A stretch of DNA of 64,000 nucleotides from a virus (taxonomy: Duplodnaviria; Caudoviricetes): the IMG/VR virus record IMGVR_UViG_3300033273_000833, positions 96,001-160,000 of that record; one strand, written 5' to 3'. The notes under the pieces were generated by a model. The model saw only the letters and a program-made list of their open reading frames with translations. It made no database searches and had not been told where the DNA came from. Shown here piece after piece: positions 17,702 through 29,004 of this stretch. How positions within the stretch are numbered: position 1 is the first letter of the stretch; every line of letters begins with the position of its first letter. The translations under genes and the position numbers were made by a program.

Positions 17702-18468
17702 AAATATATTTCCGACATTACTCAGGGGCAATTACTGAATATGATTATTTATTTTTTGACTGCATGGCAGAAGTTTCTTTACCTGAAGAAGATAAAGCTT
17801 TATGTGAAGGTTGGTTACCTGATGATTATTTAATTAAAAAAGACTCTTTAGGTAATATTTCAAAATCACATTGGTATCAAGCAAGGCAAACGAGAATTAA
17901 TTTAAGTAAATTTTTGGATACCCGAAGCACTAGAAAAGCTCGAAAGAAATGTAAACAAATAACAACTAAATGCTTAAACGCAAAAGAGATAGATTTAAAT
18001 ATTTTACAAGATATTTTTGATAAATATTTTGAGTATAGAAATTTCAAGAAATGGGATTTAGAACCATTGATTTTAGCAGAGCCTCATAGAAAATATTTTT
18101 TAATTTATTATTTAAATGAAAAACCTATTGCATTTACATTCCTGAGAGATGTTGGGTCGAGTAGCGTGTTCTCAACTCAATTTGCATGGGACTATGAAAA
18201 CCCGAAATTATATTTAGGCAAATATGCAAATCTCGCAGAGATAGACTATTGTATCGCAAATAATAAGAATTATATGTACCTTGGTTTTGGTTATGAAAAA
18301 TCTTGTATGTATAAAGCAGATTATAAAGGTTTTGAATTTTGGACAGGAGAGAATTGGTCTAATGATACAGAACAATATAAATGGTTGTGCGAAAGAGATT
18401 CTAAAATAATTAAAACAAGTGATTTGGATAAAATAAAGAAATATGATGATAAAAATTTTTTTAAATGA
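17698..18468 (+). CDS. Aminoacyl-tRNA:protein transferase-like (Bpt/ATE_C)
   Basis: QARQTRI, WDYENPKLYLGKYANLAEI, YMYLGFGY..SC.YKADY match the ATE/Bpt C-terminal pattern. Confidence 0.7.
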   Translation: MKIYFRHYSGAITEYDYLFFDCMAEVSLPEEDKALCEGWLPDDYLIKKDSLGNISKSHWYQARQTRINLSKFLDTRSTRKARKKCKQITTKCLNAKEIDLNILQDIFDKYFEYRNFKKWDLEPLILAEPHRKYFLIYYLNEKPIAFTFLRDVGSSSVFSTQFAWDYENPKLYLGKYANLAEIDYCIANNKNYMYLGFGYEKSCMYKADYKGFEFWTGENWSNDTEQYKWLCERDSKIIKTSDLDKIKKYDDKNFFK

Positions 18469-18917
18469 TTAAAGATTATATAGAATACATTTCGCTTAAA
18501 AGAAAAGAATTGGGAGGTCATGCAATTTGCCCGTTCGCTAAAACTTTTTTAAATAAAGTCGAAATAATAGAGTCGAAAGATTTTTGGGTCGATGCTATCA
18601 AATGCATGGACAATAAAGATCACCCAATGTTATATCTTATATATGGAGACAGAAATAGATATGATACTGAATGGCTTAAGTGGTTCTGCGAAATACATGA
18701 GCAATATTCAAAAGATAAGGACTTGTGGTTAATATGGGATCATCCCGACCAAATAAATAAAATAAACGGAATTGATACAAATAACAAAGAATATGCTATT
18801 CTGTTAATACAAAAATTATCTGAATTAAATAAATATTCTGAAAAGTTACATAAAACAAATTATTATGGATTTTGGGATGAAAAATACTATAATAAAATAG
18901 TGGAAAGGAGAAAATAA
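18465..18917 (+). CDS. DUF1415-like protein
   Basis: N-terminal AICPFAK motif. Confidence 0.45.
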   Translation: MIKDYIEYISLKRKELGGHAICPFAKTFLNKVEIIESKDFWVDAIKCMDNKDHPMLYLIYGDRNRYDTEWLKWFCEIHEQYSKDKDLWLIWDHPDQINKINGIDTNNKEYAILLIQKLSELNKYSEKLHKTNYYGFWDEKYYNKIVERRK

Positions 18918-18919
18918 AA

Positions 18920-19111
18920 ATGAAAAAACTTTGGTTAATTTGGGCTAGAACACTAGATCATCGCGTTGGTAGAACTGATGACGATCAGCCCGATATTCCA
19001 ATTTTATCTTTGCGAGATGCTCAATTTAGTTTAATCTTGAGGACGATTATAGTCGTTGTAAATATAACAACTTGTTTCTTTATAATAGCAAATATAATTA
19101 AAAATTGGTGA
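18920..19111 (+). CDS. Small membrane protein
   Basis: 63 aa with a C-terminal hydrophobic helix. Confidence 0.55.
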   Translation: MKKLWLIWARTLDHRVGRTDDDQPDIPILSLRDAQFSLILRTIIVVVNITTCFFIIANIIKNW

Positions 19112-19154
19112 TTTTTTCTTGATTTTTCGCAAATAATATGGTATATTTATACCC

Positions 19155-19559
19155 ATGTATTTAGGTAGTCACGAATTAGTTGAATTTTATAATTGCGATG
19201 AAGATATTTTAAAAGATTCTGATTTAATAAAAAGAATATTTATTGAGTCTGCTAAACTGGGTAATGCAAATATAGTTAATAGTCTATTTCATTCTTTCAG
19301 TCCGTATGGGGTCACAGGAGTCTTAGTGATTGCAGAAAGTCATATGAGTATTCATACATGGCATGAATTTAATTATTGTGCCGTTGATATATTTTCTTGT
19401 TGCGATAAATTAAATAATAAAATTGTTTTAGAAGACTTAAAAGACAAACTATTCAGCAGTAGATATGAATCAAAACTAATTAATAGGGGGAATAAATATA
19501 TTATCGAACAAAGTGCAAATAAAAAGTTGACAAATAAACAAAAATCTGTCATTATATAA
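19155..19559 (+). CDS. speD: S-adenosylmethionine decarboxylase proenzyme (class 1B)
   Basis: LGSHELVEFYNC, FSPYGVTGVLVIAESHMSIHTW, VDIFSC. Confidence 0.9.
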   Translation: MYLGSHELVEFYNCDEDILKDSDLIKRIFIESAKLGNANIVNSLFHSFSPYGVTGVLVIAESHMSIHTWHEFNYCAVDIFSCCDKLNNKIVLEDLKDKLFSSRYESKLINRGNKYIIEQSANKKLTNKQKSVII

Positions 19560-19561
19560 AC

Positions 19562-20848
19562 ATGGTAATTAGAAAAGAATTAAAAAACGCCACTTTTGAA
19601 TACGATGAAGAGAAAAAAATATTCACCATTATGGAAGCTGATGGTTTTAATGGTTATATTGAATTAAATAAAATTTATGCTTTTTCTTTTATGCGTTTTG
19701 TAATCAGAATGGCTCAGAGAAATTGGCTAAAAAGTGCAGATTCTTTTAATAAAACTGAAGAACTTTTAGACTCTATTGAAGAGGAAGAAGATAATCCAAA
19801 TCAATTAGAGCTTTTTAATTAATAAATAATAAATAATATGAACAATAAATCATTCGATATAGTTTGTGCGTCTGAAGTAGAAGAATTTTTTTACGAAGAC
19901 TCTGATTTGCCTGTTTCTGAAGGCGAGCCTGTTGGTGTTGAGTTTTATTCTCAAACCCAATCAAGTCTCATTTTATCTAAAGGAATCTATTTTTCGCATG
20001 AAAATCTTTTTTTAGATTAAAATTTTATTTGACAAACCCACGCTTCTGTGCAATGCTTATTACATGATGAAAACAGAATATATCAAACTTACAGACTTGT
20101 GGAACGAAGGCGAATACGCTCAAGTAGGAAATATTATTAACGAAGAAAATTGGAGTGCATCAAGGGTTGCTGAATTCTGTGCGTACTTCAATAAATATCT
20201 TGGAGTAAATCAATTAAATCTTTTATATAAGTTTTTATAATATGGATGATTTAAGTAATGAAATAGCTTGGGATAGTTATGAATTCTATACCGAGCAATT
20301 ATTTAAACTCGAAGAAGATCATTTATCAAATATGGATAAAGTGACAAATGTCTTGCAAGGCGGGTCGTACTGCAACAAGCAAGACCACTTAGAAGTATTT
20401 AATAAATCCCTTGAAGTGACTTCTCAATTAATAGTTCTATATAATAAACAATTGTCATCTATTCAAGATATGTTAATAGCCTTGTCTGATGAAAAAGATG
20501 AGCAGTTAAAAAATCGCACTATTAACTCCTTAAATGTTCTAGTTCAATGGACAAATGATCTCCGAGATGATACAAATAAGTATAGACAAGATTTAAATAA
20601 ACTAATAAAAGAATATGAAGAGAGGTAGACCAAAAGGATATACTCCATATGTTGAAATTTCTTACGAGGAATTGGCTGATTGGGTAGGCAGAAAAGCTAA
20701 AGTAGTTGTCTGTAAAAAATGGCTAGAATCATTAATGGGTAAAGAGATTCATATTGGATCAACAGAAGAACTCATTGCAGACAAACAACAACAACAAGAA
20801 GAAGAGAAAGAAGTTCCGAAGATTGAATACGAAATAACTCATTTTTAA
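19562..20848 (+). other. Run of small hypothetical ORFs (19562-19822, 19838-20020, 20064-20240, 20242-20628, 20615-20848 with an AT-hook-like KRGRPK start)
   Basis: ORF track plus manual translation of 20064-20240; promoters at 19527 and 20029. Confidence 0.55.
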
Positions 20849-20885
20849 TCTTGACAATTACTAATTTTAACTTTAGATTTATATC

Positions 20886-21818
20886 ATGGACAATAATTAC
20901 TTCGATGGTTTGATCGGGCAAGAGTGCGTCAAAAAGAAACTCTCCTTTTATTTAGATGCGTTTCACAAAACAAGCGTTTGCCCATTCCTTAATTTAGTTG
21001 GTGCAAAAGGCTTGGGTAAAACCGAATTTGCAAAAGCCTTCGCTAAAAATCTGTACAATAGAAATGGGGGCAAGCGTTCGTTCTTGGAATTAAATTGCTC
21101 TACAATTAAAAATAATGAGCAATTTTTTGAGCAAATATTCCTACCCTTAATTGCAGACAATGAGATTACAATTCTTTTTGATGAATGCCATGCTCTGCCT
21201 AAAGACTTGACAATGGCTTTTTTAACCATTTTCAATACCGAAACAAACACAAGAAAGCGTTTTGAATGGAATGAGATGACATTTGAGTTTGACTTTAGAA
21301 AACAAACTTTTATTTTCGCAACAACAGAGAGTGATAAAATATTTCCACCACTTAAAGATAGATTAACGACAATAGATTTCGATCCGTATTCTCAAGAGGA
21401 GATTGGCGAAATTATTAAAATTTGTTGCGGTAATATTTCTTTCTCCGATGAATGCATAAACGAGGTTTCTTCTACAATTAGAAGTAACGCTAGAAGTGCC
21501 GTAATGCGTTCAAGAGAGATAATGCTATATTGCGAATCTAAAGAGATTGAAAGATTTGAATCTCATCATTTTAAAGATTTGCGTGACTCTATTGGGATTT
21601 TACCTTTAGGTATTTCTCGAACAGAAAAACAAATCCTACAAATACTTAAAGAGTGTGGATCAATTAGCCTAACAGGCTTATCCGCTAAGTTAGGCTTAAG
21701 CAAGACATCCCTACAAAGAGATCACGAACTTTACTTATTGGGCAAAAATTTAATTGAAATTGATGGTAAGCGAAGAATTACTTCAAATGGAATAAAACTT
21801 TGCGAGGACTTGTCATGA
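20886..21818 (+). CDS. ruvB: Holliday junction branch migration ATPase RuvB homolog
   Basis: FDGLIGQ, Walker A GAKGLGKT, LFDECH, ATT, PLKDR, C-terminal LPLG...HELYLL..IE...R. Confidence 0.85.
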   Translation: MDNNYFDGLIGQECVKKKLSFYLDAFHKTSVCPFLNLVGAKGLGKTEFAKAFAKNLYNRNGGKRSFLELNCSTIKNNEQFFEQIFLPLIADNEITILFDECHALPKDLTMAFLTIFNTETNTRKRFEWNEMTFEFDFRKQTFIFATTESDKIFPPLKDRLTTIDFDPYSQEEIGEIIKICCGNISFSDECINEVSSTIRSNARSAVMRSREIMLYCESKEIERFESHHFKDLRDSIGILPLGISRTEKQILQILKECGSISLTGLSAKLGLSKTSLQRDHELYLLGKNLIEIDGKRRITSNGIKLCEDLS

Positions 21819-22827
21819 CAAGAGATCAACTATCGCATTTAAGACAAGAGGTTTATTCCTTATGGTATCATGCTAAAGATAATTCTGAAGATAAAAAAAC
21901 TTATACTAGAATACTAGAATTAATAGATTATACCTTAGAATTAAAATCTGCAGTAAGATCAATTAGGAATTTATATGAAGGGTTAGTATGAACTTATCTG
22001 AAGATCAAAAATTAATATTTATGAAACTAGTTGAAGAACTATCAGAGCTTTCCGTTGAACTTTGTCACGCAGTTAATAAACCTAAAAAAAATAATTTTTC
22101 AAAAATTTTAAATGAAATAAATGATGTAGAAGGTTGGATTTTGAAATTAAAAGAAATAAATAATGATTTAAAATGTAATTAGAGCTTGACTTTATTCACT
22201 CTTGTTATTATAATATATATTTTATGGAGATAAATAAATGTTTGAATATAAAATAACTTATAGAAGAAGAGGAGATATGTTATCAAACTCTCATTATTAT
22301 ATGGCATCAGATGCTCATGAAGCACTAGACTACCAACTAGAAATGATTGACCATAAAGGATGGAATATAGATATATTAAAAATAGAAAAATTTTGTAAAT
22401 ATTCTAATAAATGGATAGATGAAAGTGAAGTATTAGAGGAAGAAAATAAATGAAATATATAAACTTATTGATATTGTTAATGTTTGTGACTGCCTTTGGC
22501 TTTCAAACAAATAACTTTTATGACTCAAAAAATATACAACAGGCAACTTTTGTTCCTACTCCAAAAGTTATACCTCAGTCTGTACCTATATTTGATGATC
22601 CCATAGACAAATCTAAACACAAAGGGCAAATACAGATAAATCCTGCTCCATTCCCTTTCAATCTTACTCATCCTTATGTAGTTTGGATAGATGGTGAAAA
22701 AGCAGATTTAAGTCTAAAAGAAGTCAAAGCTTTAGCAAAAACATTAAACTTGACTCTTGAAAAGCCCAAAGATACTGCTGAAATTCATTCGGGTGATGGA
22801 TGGCTTAGACCTAAAATTATTAAATAA
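21800..22827 (+). other. Four small hypothetical ORFs (21800-21991, 21988-22182, 22238-22453, 22450-22827 with signal peptide)
   Basis: Coupled ORFs in the track. Confidence 0.55.
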
Positions 22828-22845
22828 TTAGTGTAATCCACATAA

Positions 22846-23685
22846 ATGAAAATAGGAGTAATTGGAAATGGTTATGTAGGTTCAGCAGTAGCGAATGGAT
22901 TTAAGTGTTATGATTTAAAAATTTATGATAAAAATCCCGATTTATCAAGCTCTTCGTTAGAGGATGTTTTATCTCAAGACTTTGTTTTTGTATGTGTGCC
23001 TACTCCCATGACCGAAGTTTTGGGTGGAGATTGTAATTTATCAATTATTGATTCTTGTTTTAAAGAAATAGAAGAGATAGGTTCTAAAGCTATTTTTATC
23101 ATTAAATCTACTATACCTATTGGTACGACAAACTTTTTGCAAACTAAGCATCCTAGTTTAAGTATTGTGCATTCTCCCGAATTTTTGACTGCCAAGTCTG
23201 CAAAAAAAGATTTCGTCAACGCTGATAGGCATATTATCGGCTACCCTAAAAATAAAAGCATTGCAAAAAGAGTTGAACTTCTTTTTAAAGATCGATTCCC
23301 TAGCACTTTAACTTTAATTATGACGAGTGATGAATCTGAATCAGTTAAATATATAGCTAATTGCTTTTTCGCAACAAAAGTTAGCTTTTTTAATGAAATA
23401 TATACTTTAATTGAAAAATCGGGTCTTGATTGGACTCATATTATTAATGGGGTTATGTCAGACAGAAGAATTGGAAAATCTCACTATAAAGTTCCAGGGC
23501 ATGATGGATTCAAAGGATTCGGAGGCACTTGTTTTCCTAAAGATATTAATGCTTTAATAAAAACTTTTGAAAGAAATAATCTTGATCCAAAACTACTTAA
23601 ATCAGTATGGGCAGTTAATCTTGATGTCCGAAAAAATCACGATTGGGGCGACTCAGAATCAGCAGTTAAAAATGTGGAATTATAG
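22846..23685 (+). CDS. UDP-glucose/GDP-mannose dehydrogenase family, short form
   Basis: IGNGYVG, FVCVPTP, IKSTIP, SPEFL, GFGGTCFPKD; ends soon after the catalytic Cys. Confidence 0.85.
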   Translation: MKIGVIGNGYVGSAVANGFKCYDLKIYDKNPDLSSSSLEDVLSQDFVFVCVPTPMTEVLGGDCNLSIIDSCFKEIEEIGSKAIFIIKSTIPIGTTNFLQTKHPSLSIVHSPEFLTAKSAKKDFVNADRHIIGYPKNKSIAKRVELLFKDRFPSTLTLIMTSDESESVKYIANCFFATKVSFFNEIYTLIEKSGLDWTHIINGVMSDRRIGKSHYKVPGHDGFKGFGGTCFPKDINALIKTFERNNLDPKLLKSVWAVNLDVRKNHDWGDSESAVKNVEL

Positions 23686-23998
23686 AATCATACAAGCGTC
23701 AGATAAGAGCTATGGTCTTCATGAAGTCATTTACAATGATGATGGAGAAATATCTTTTGTTACAGAAAATCCCGAAATAATAGGTTGTAGCGTCAAAGAT
23801 TTACTTAATACTCTGAGGTTAATGCTTGATGACGCACAGAAAGCATCTAATAATATATTAGAAATGGATAAAATAGAATTTTCTCCAATCTGCGAAGATT
23901 ATGATAAAGAAGATGCCATACCATATGAAGAATGCAATAAAACAATAAATGTTTGGAAACCTAGTTGGGATTGGGAAGAAGAAGATAAGAGTAAATAA
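23672..23998 (+). CDS. Conserved phage hypothetical protein
   Basis: MWNYRII...YGLHEVIYNDDG; start moved to the in-frame ATG at 23672. Confidence 0.6.
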   Translation: MWNYRIIQASDKSYGLHEVIYNDDGEISFVTENPEIIGCSVKDLLNTLRLMLDDAQKASNNILEMDKIEFSPICEDYDKEDAIPYEECNKTINVWKPSWDWEEEDKSK

Positions 23999-24037
23999 TT
24001 TCTTGACATTTTTTTTGTTTTGTCTTATGATTATATC

Positions 24038-25048
24038 ATGTCAGAACAAATATTAGGCTTAACTTGCATTAGTGAAGAACTAAAGGAGAAAGATAAAGTT
24101 AAATATTCCTTTAGAACTATGACTCGCAAAAGATTCAATGATTTGTGTAACTCCGAAGGTAGAGATGAAGCAATTAATCAATTATCTGAAAGAATTTTGC
24201 ACAATGTTATTGTTACTCAATATATTGTCAATCATTGCCATGCCTCAAATATTAGGCATTATCGTCTTAGTTCTGCTCTTTTTCCTCTCCTTACCGATCA
24301 GACTTTGGAAATTTCTTTGGAAGAATTGCCTCACAGAGCAAGAATCGAAAAAGGATTAGAATTTGTAGGCTTAATTGCAAAACGCTTTAATATATCAATC
24401 GGCTCTCACCCCGACCAATTCAATGTTCTCGCGTCTCCCGATAGAGACAAGGTTAGTCGCACTATAAACGAACTTAATTTCCAAGCGAGCGTTCTTGACA
24501 TGGTAGGACTACCACAAGATCATACTGCACCGATGAACATTCATGTAAACTATACTCCAAAAATGGATGAAAGTTTGGAAATAGTTGCAACTAGATTTTT
24601 TCGCAATCTTTCTATGTGCGACAAAGGTGTTTATAATCGTCTAACTATCGAGAACGAAGACAAAGGTTTCTTTAATGTAGATAATTGCATCAAATTTAGT
24701 GAATACTTGTTTGCAGTCTTCGGTGTTAATATTCCTGTTTGTTACGACAATTTGCATGACTTCTGCAACCCATCAGAAGATCATAATATTGCATTTCAAG
24801 CAGAGCGATGTGCATATACATGGGTAAATCAAGGAAGTGGTGATAACAATTTTGTTGCTCCTGTTTTTCATTGGTCAGAAGGTAAACCCGAAAAGCCTCG
24901 CTCTCATGCAGACTATTTTGCTCTTGGAAATTTTCCACCACATATCGCCATTGACCCCGATCAACCTGCCAAGTGGGAGTGTGAAGTTAAGTTAAAAGAT
25001 CAAGCGATTAAAGTATTGCGAAATAATCTAACAGAAAAAAGTGGTTGA
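24038..25048 (+). CDS. uvsE: UV-damage endonuclease (UvsE/UVDE)
   Basis: HYRLSSALFP, SHPDQFNVLAS, RLTIENED, YDNLHD, PRSHADY, CEVKLKD; start set 6 nt after the TATGAT -10 box. Confidence 0.88.
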   Translation: MSEQILGLTCISEELKEKDKVKYSFRTMTRKRFNDLCNSEGRDEAINQLSERILHNVIVTQYIVNHCHASNIRHYRLSSALFPLLTDQTLEISLEELPHRARIEKGLEFVGLIAKRFNISIGSHPDQFNVLASPDRDKVSRTINELNFQASVLDMVGLPQDHTAPMNIHVNYTPKMDESLEIVATRFFRNLSMCDKGVYNRLTIENEDKGFFNVDNCIKFSEYLFAVFGVNIPVCYDNLHDFCNPSEDHNIAFQAERCAYTWVNQGSGDNNFVAPVFHWSEGKPEKPRSHADYFALGNFPPHIAIDPDQPAKWECEVKLKDQAIKVLRNNLTEKSG

Positions 25049-25063
25049 TTTATTTATGTCTTT

Positions 25064-26404
25064 ATGACCTTAGCTCAAAAACATCCTAAAGATAGTTATA
25101 TTTTGGAACAGCAAATTGGCATTGTTTACAAGATAACAAATAAAATTCAATTCGATCCATTTCATGAAAAGTATAAATATTTAAACGCTTGGGACTCTTG
25201 TTATATTGGATGTACAAGCCAAGACCTTAATGAGCGTTATCAAGATGGAATAGAGAATACCCATAACCATTTTCTAAAAAAAGCTATCGAATTGTATGGT
25301 AAAGAAAATTTTGATATTGAAGTTTTAGAAGAAAAAATTCGGTTTGTAGATTTACTAAGAAGAGAGCGTTATTATATTCAATTAAATAATTGTATATATC
25401 CCAATGGATATAACATAAGAGAAGGTTCTGAATCTGATAATTCTAGCCATAGACGCAAAAAAGAGTCTCACATCAGAAACATTAAAACTAATAATGTTTT
25501 TTCTATTAAAAACCTTAAACATTTTTGCAAAAATCCAAGTTTATACGATAAATCCATTGATGAAAATTTAAAAATAAATTATACACAGATGTCTAATGCT
25601 CTCACAGGTTATGTAGAGCCTAAACACAAAAAGAAAGGATATGACTTACCTCACCAAATAATCGTTTCCGAAACTTATTGCTCGGCTAAACACACAAATA
25701 AAGATTTAGAAAATTTCAAACAATACCTGTATAAAAAAAGTATAGAAGAGTTTGCGGATAAATTAATATTCCCGATTGAATTAATAAATTTTAAAAATTT
25801 TAATATAATTAAAATTAAGGATGAACTTGCATTCGCCCATTTCATAATTAATAATCCTGAAATTTCCTTATCGAAATTGAAGCGAATTTTTTCAACCGAT
25901 AAAAGTGGGTATAAACGCTCAAAATATTCTAATCATGATCTTATCTTAAAAGAAAATTTTAAAAAAAACAATCAATGGCATAAATATGACATTAATGGTG
26001 AACCTGCTAAATTCACTCTAATTCACAAAAAAAGTGGAGATACAGAAACATTTACTTGGCAAGAGCTTGAAGCATTAGCTCAAAAACTATACTTAAAATC
26101 ATATGCTAGTATTGGTCTGAAAAATCACATAAGCCACATAAAAGATGTTGCACATTCAACTTTTGGTCGATCCATTAGAAAACTTTTGACAGGAGAGTTA
26201 AAAATATGTTATGGATACAAACTTGATGAATCTAATTTACCTTTTAAATTAAGAATAAAAAGATTTACGACAAATAAGTATGTTAAAAAAGTTTTAGACT
26301 TAGGTTATGCCGTTAGATTTAAAAATTTACCAACAGATTCTAAAGAGGAAGTTAAAATGACAAAAAAAATTCTTGATCTTCTTGACATTCCTTTCTTTTT
26401 ATGA
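25064..26404 (+). mobile_element. Free-standing GIY-YIG homing endonuclease (Seg-like)
   Basis: GIVYKITNK...YIGCTSQ..ERY, KAIELYGKENF, YPNGYNI; long K/N-rich C-terminal region. Confidence 0.8.
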
Positions 26405-26416
26405 GAGTATATTTGT

Positions 26417-26899
26417 ATGGACATTAAAATAATAGATGGAAATCTTCTTGATTTTCCTAATGATATAGATTTCATTGCTCACTCTTGCAATACACATAAT
26501 GTTATGGGAGCAGGAATTGCTAGAGCAATAAAAGATCGCTACCCTAAAGCCTATGAAGCTGATTGTCATGCAATGTACGAAGGTGCTAATATTTTAGGGG
26601 ATTATAGTTTTTCAGTAACAGATGCTACTCAAAATAAAGGCATTTATAATATGTATACGCAATCTAAGATTGGAGACAAAAGATCAGTTAATTATGAAGC
26701 ATTTTATGTTGCATTAAATAAAGTGGCAGGTCATATTGAATGGCAATCCAAGCATGAAGATGAAGAAAAGATTCTAGGTTTACCTTGGATGATCTCTTGT
26801 GGACTCGCAGGTGGAAGTTGGAATGTAATTTTTTCAATGATAAATGATATTTTGATTGACAGGTGCTTCAAAACCTTTATAGTTAAATATGATGAATAA
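26417..26899 (+). CDS. Macro domain (ADP-ribose binding/hydrolase) protein
   Basis: IIDGNLL, IAHSCN, MGAGIARAIK, IYNMYTQ, PWMISCGLAGGSW. Confidence 0.85.
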   Translation: MDIKIIDGNLLDFPNDIDFIAHSCNTHNVMGAGIARAIKDRYPKAYEADCHAMYEGANILGDYSFSVTDATQNKGIYNMYTQSKIGDKRSVNYEAFYVALNKVAGHIEWQSKHEDEEKILGLPWMISCGLAGGSWNVIFSMINDILIDRCFKTFIVKYDE

Positions 26900-29004
26900 A
26901 TTAGAAGAAGCAATGGGTAGCATGAGTCAGATTCAATCTGATATAGACGCAATGATTTATGCGATTGGAGATTCTCCTCGCAAATATACAGAAGATGAAT
27001 TATTAAATATGCTAATTGGAATGAATCAGTTGCACAAAACTCGCTATGATATGATGTGGCAAGAATATGAAACATTTACAAAAAAAGAAAGGCAAAATAA
27101 TGATTGAAATAGAAAAACCTTGGAGAGTTGACGAAAAAGTTGCGTTAGAAATAATTGATTTAGCAATAGCTCATATTAAAAAAGTTGAGCTTAATCCCGA
27201 AGTCGAAACTGATGGAGATAATTTTGATTATTGGAATAGTTACAAGCTAGAAGATGGCACTTTTGTAGATTACAATATCTATTGCGGTGATGATATTGGA
27301 GAATTTACTTGGAATGGTAAGTTTAGATATAGTGATCCAAGTGAATGGTCTTGGGATGTTGCCTGTTATGCAGTTGATCCGCCAAATAAAGACAATCCTC
27401 ATCATCAAATAGATACAGATAGAACACAATATTTATTTAATTATAATAAAGATGGGAATAAGGAGATAGTTTTTGAAAATTGATTGGTCATTTTTATTTG
27501 AATTATTTTTCGTTTTGTTCTTGACTTTTATATTAGTCTACTTTAGTCTTTAATTATGAGCGGAGAAGGTTTATCAGTTAGTTTTAGAAGAACATCCTTT
27601 ACGGATAAGTCTAATGCAGAACTCCTTAAGGAGTTTCAAAAGATCATCTACAATAGTAGAGTCATGAGACATATGAAATGGTATGGCAAACTTCATAGCG
27701 TTGACATACTAGAGCATGGTGACGACAACCGACCAAAATTTCAACAAGAATATGTTGCAATTAAAGACACTTTTCAATTTGAGATTAGTGTTTATGATTC
27801 TTGGTACGAAGATGCCGATCTTTATGAGTCGCATGAAGTAGAAGATAGTTTTGTGTCTCTTGCTTTTAAGTTCGCCAAAGATAACAACTTGATGTATTTT
27901 TCCCAAGGTTTTCCTGCTGAATGGATAGAGACAGAAACTACTGATGGAGAAAGATGTTGGAATCATTATAATGTAAAACCCGATGATAAAAACATTGACA
28001 AAATATGTAAAGTATGGCATGATTATGGTATGAAAATGATTCAAGCAGAACAATGTGGTCAAGCTGACGAAATGAAAAGTTATTATTGGGCAAATGCAAG
28101 AGATCAAATAAAAGAATTAATGGAATATGAATATGCAAAATAGATCAGATAGTTGGTTAATAGAACAATACAATCGGAATCGTCCACCATCAGAACATAT
28201 TTCAAGTGTGGATCAAATCTCAAACGCTTACTCGCAAAGTTGGTTGACTATCAGACAACAAGATGGTACAGACGATTGGGGCACTCCGATTATGTGGCTC
28301 GATGACGGATCAGAATATGACCTCTTTGCGTCTAATGATCTTAATATAGATTGGGTAGAAGAAATGGATAAAGAGGGTTCTCCGATCATAGAGGACGATC
28401 ACTTATGTAGAGATATTTGTATTGAAGTAACCTGTCCATCCAAGGGTTGGAATAAAAGAAGGGCGGTAGGATATAACATAGACTTTGATTGGAACTAATG
28501 AAGCAAAAATCAAATGGAAATGGTAAAGGTGATTCGCCTAGAAACAATACTTCAAAAAAATTTAAAGACAATTATTCTAAAATAAATTGGAAAAAGGTGC
28601 GAGACACAAAAAAATATCTTGACAAAAACAAGAATAAATAATATCATATATAAATGAAAATACAAGTAACTAATTACGGAAAAACATACACTATTGAATC
28701 TAACGAAGATCATGATGTTGAAAGTGTCGCAGATATGTTCAAGAGCTTGCTTGTAAGTATGGGATACCATCCATGCAATGTAGACGCATTATTTAATACA
28801 GAATATAAATGGTTTACCGAAGAAGAGTTAGAAGCAAACTTACAAGGTCACATTCCCGCCTCAAATAAAATAGTAAACAAGTGGTACGATGAATGTCTAA
28901 ATGAATCTAAAGAAGATAAGGATAAAAGGGTGCAAGCATGGCAAAATAATCTTTATCGCCCCGAAGATGATGACTTTGATGATTACGACATATTCAAGAC
29001 ATGA
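26889..29004 (+). other. Run of hypothetical ORFs (26889-27107, 27100-27483, 27556-28143, 28127-28498, 28654-29004)
   Basis: ORF track; acidic, aromatic-rich phage-type proteins; promoters at 27521 and 28619. Confidence 0.55.
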
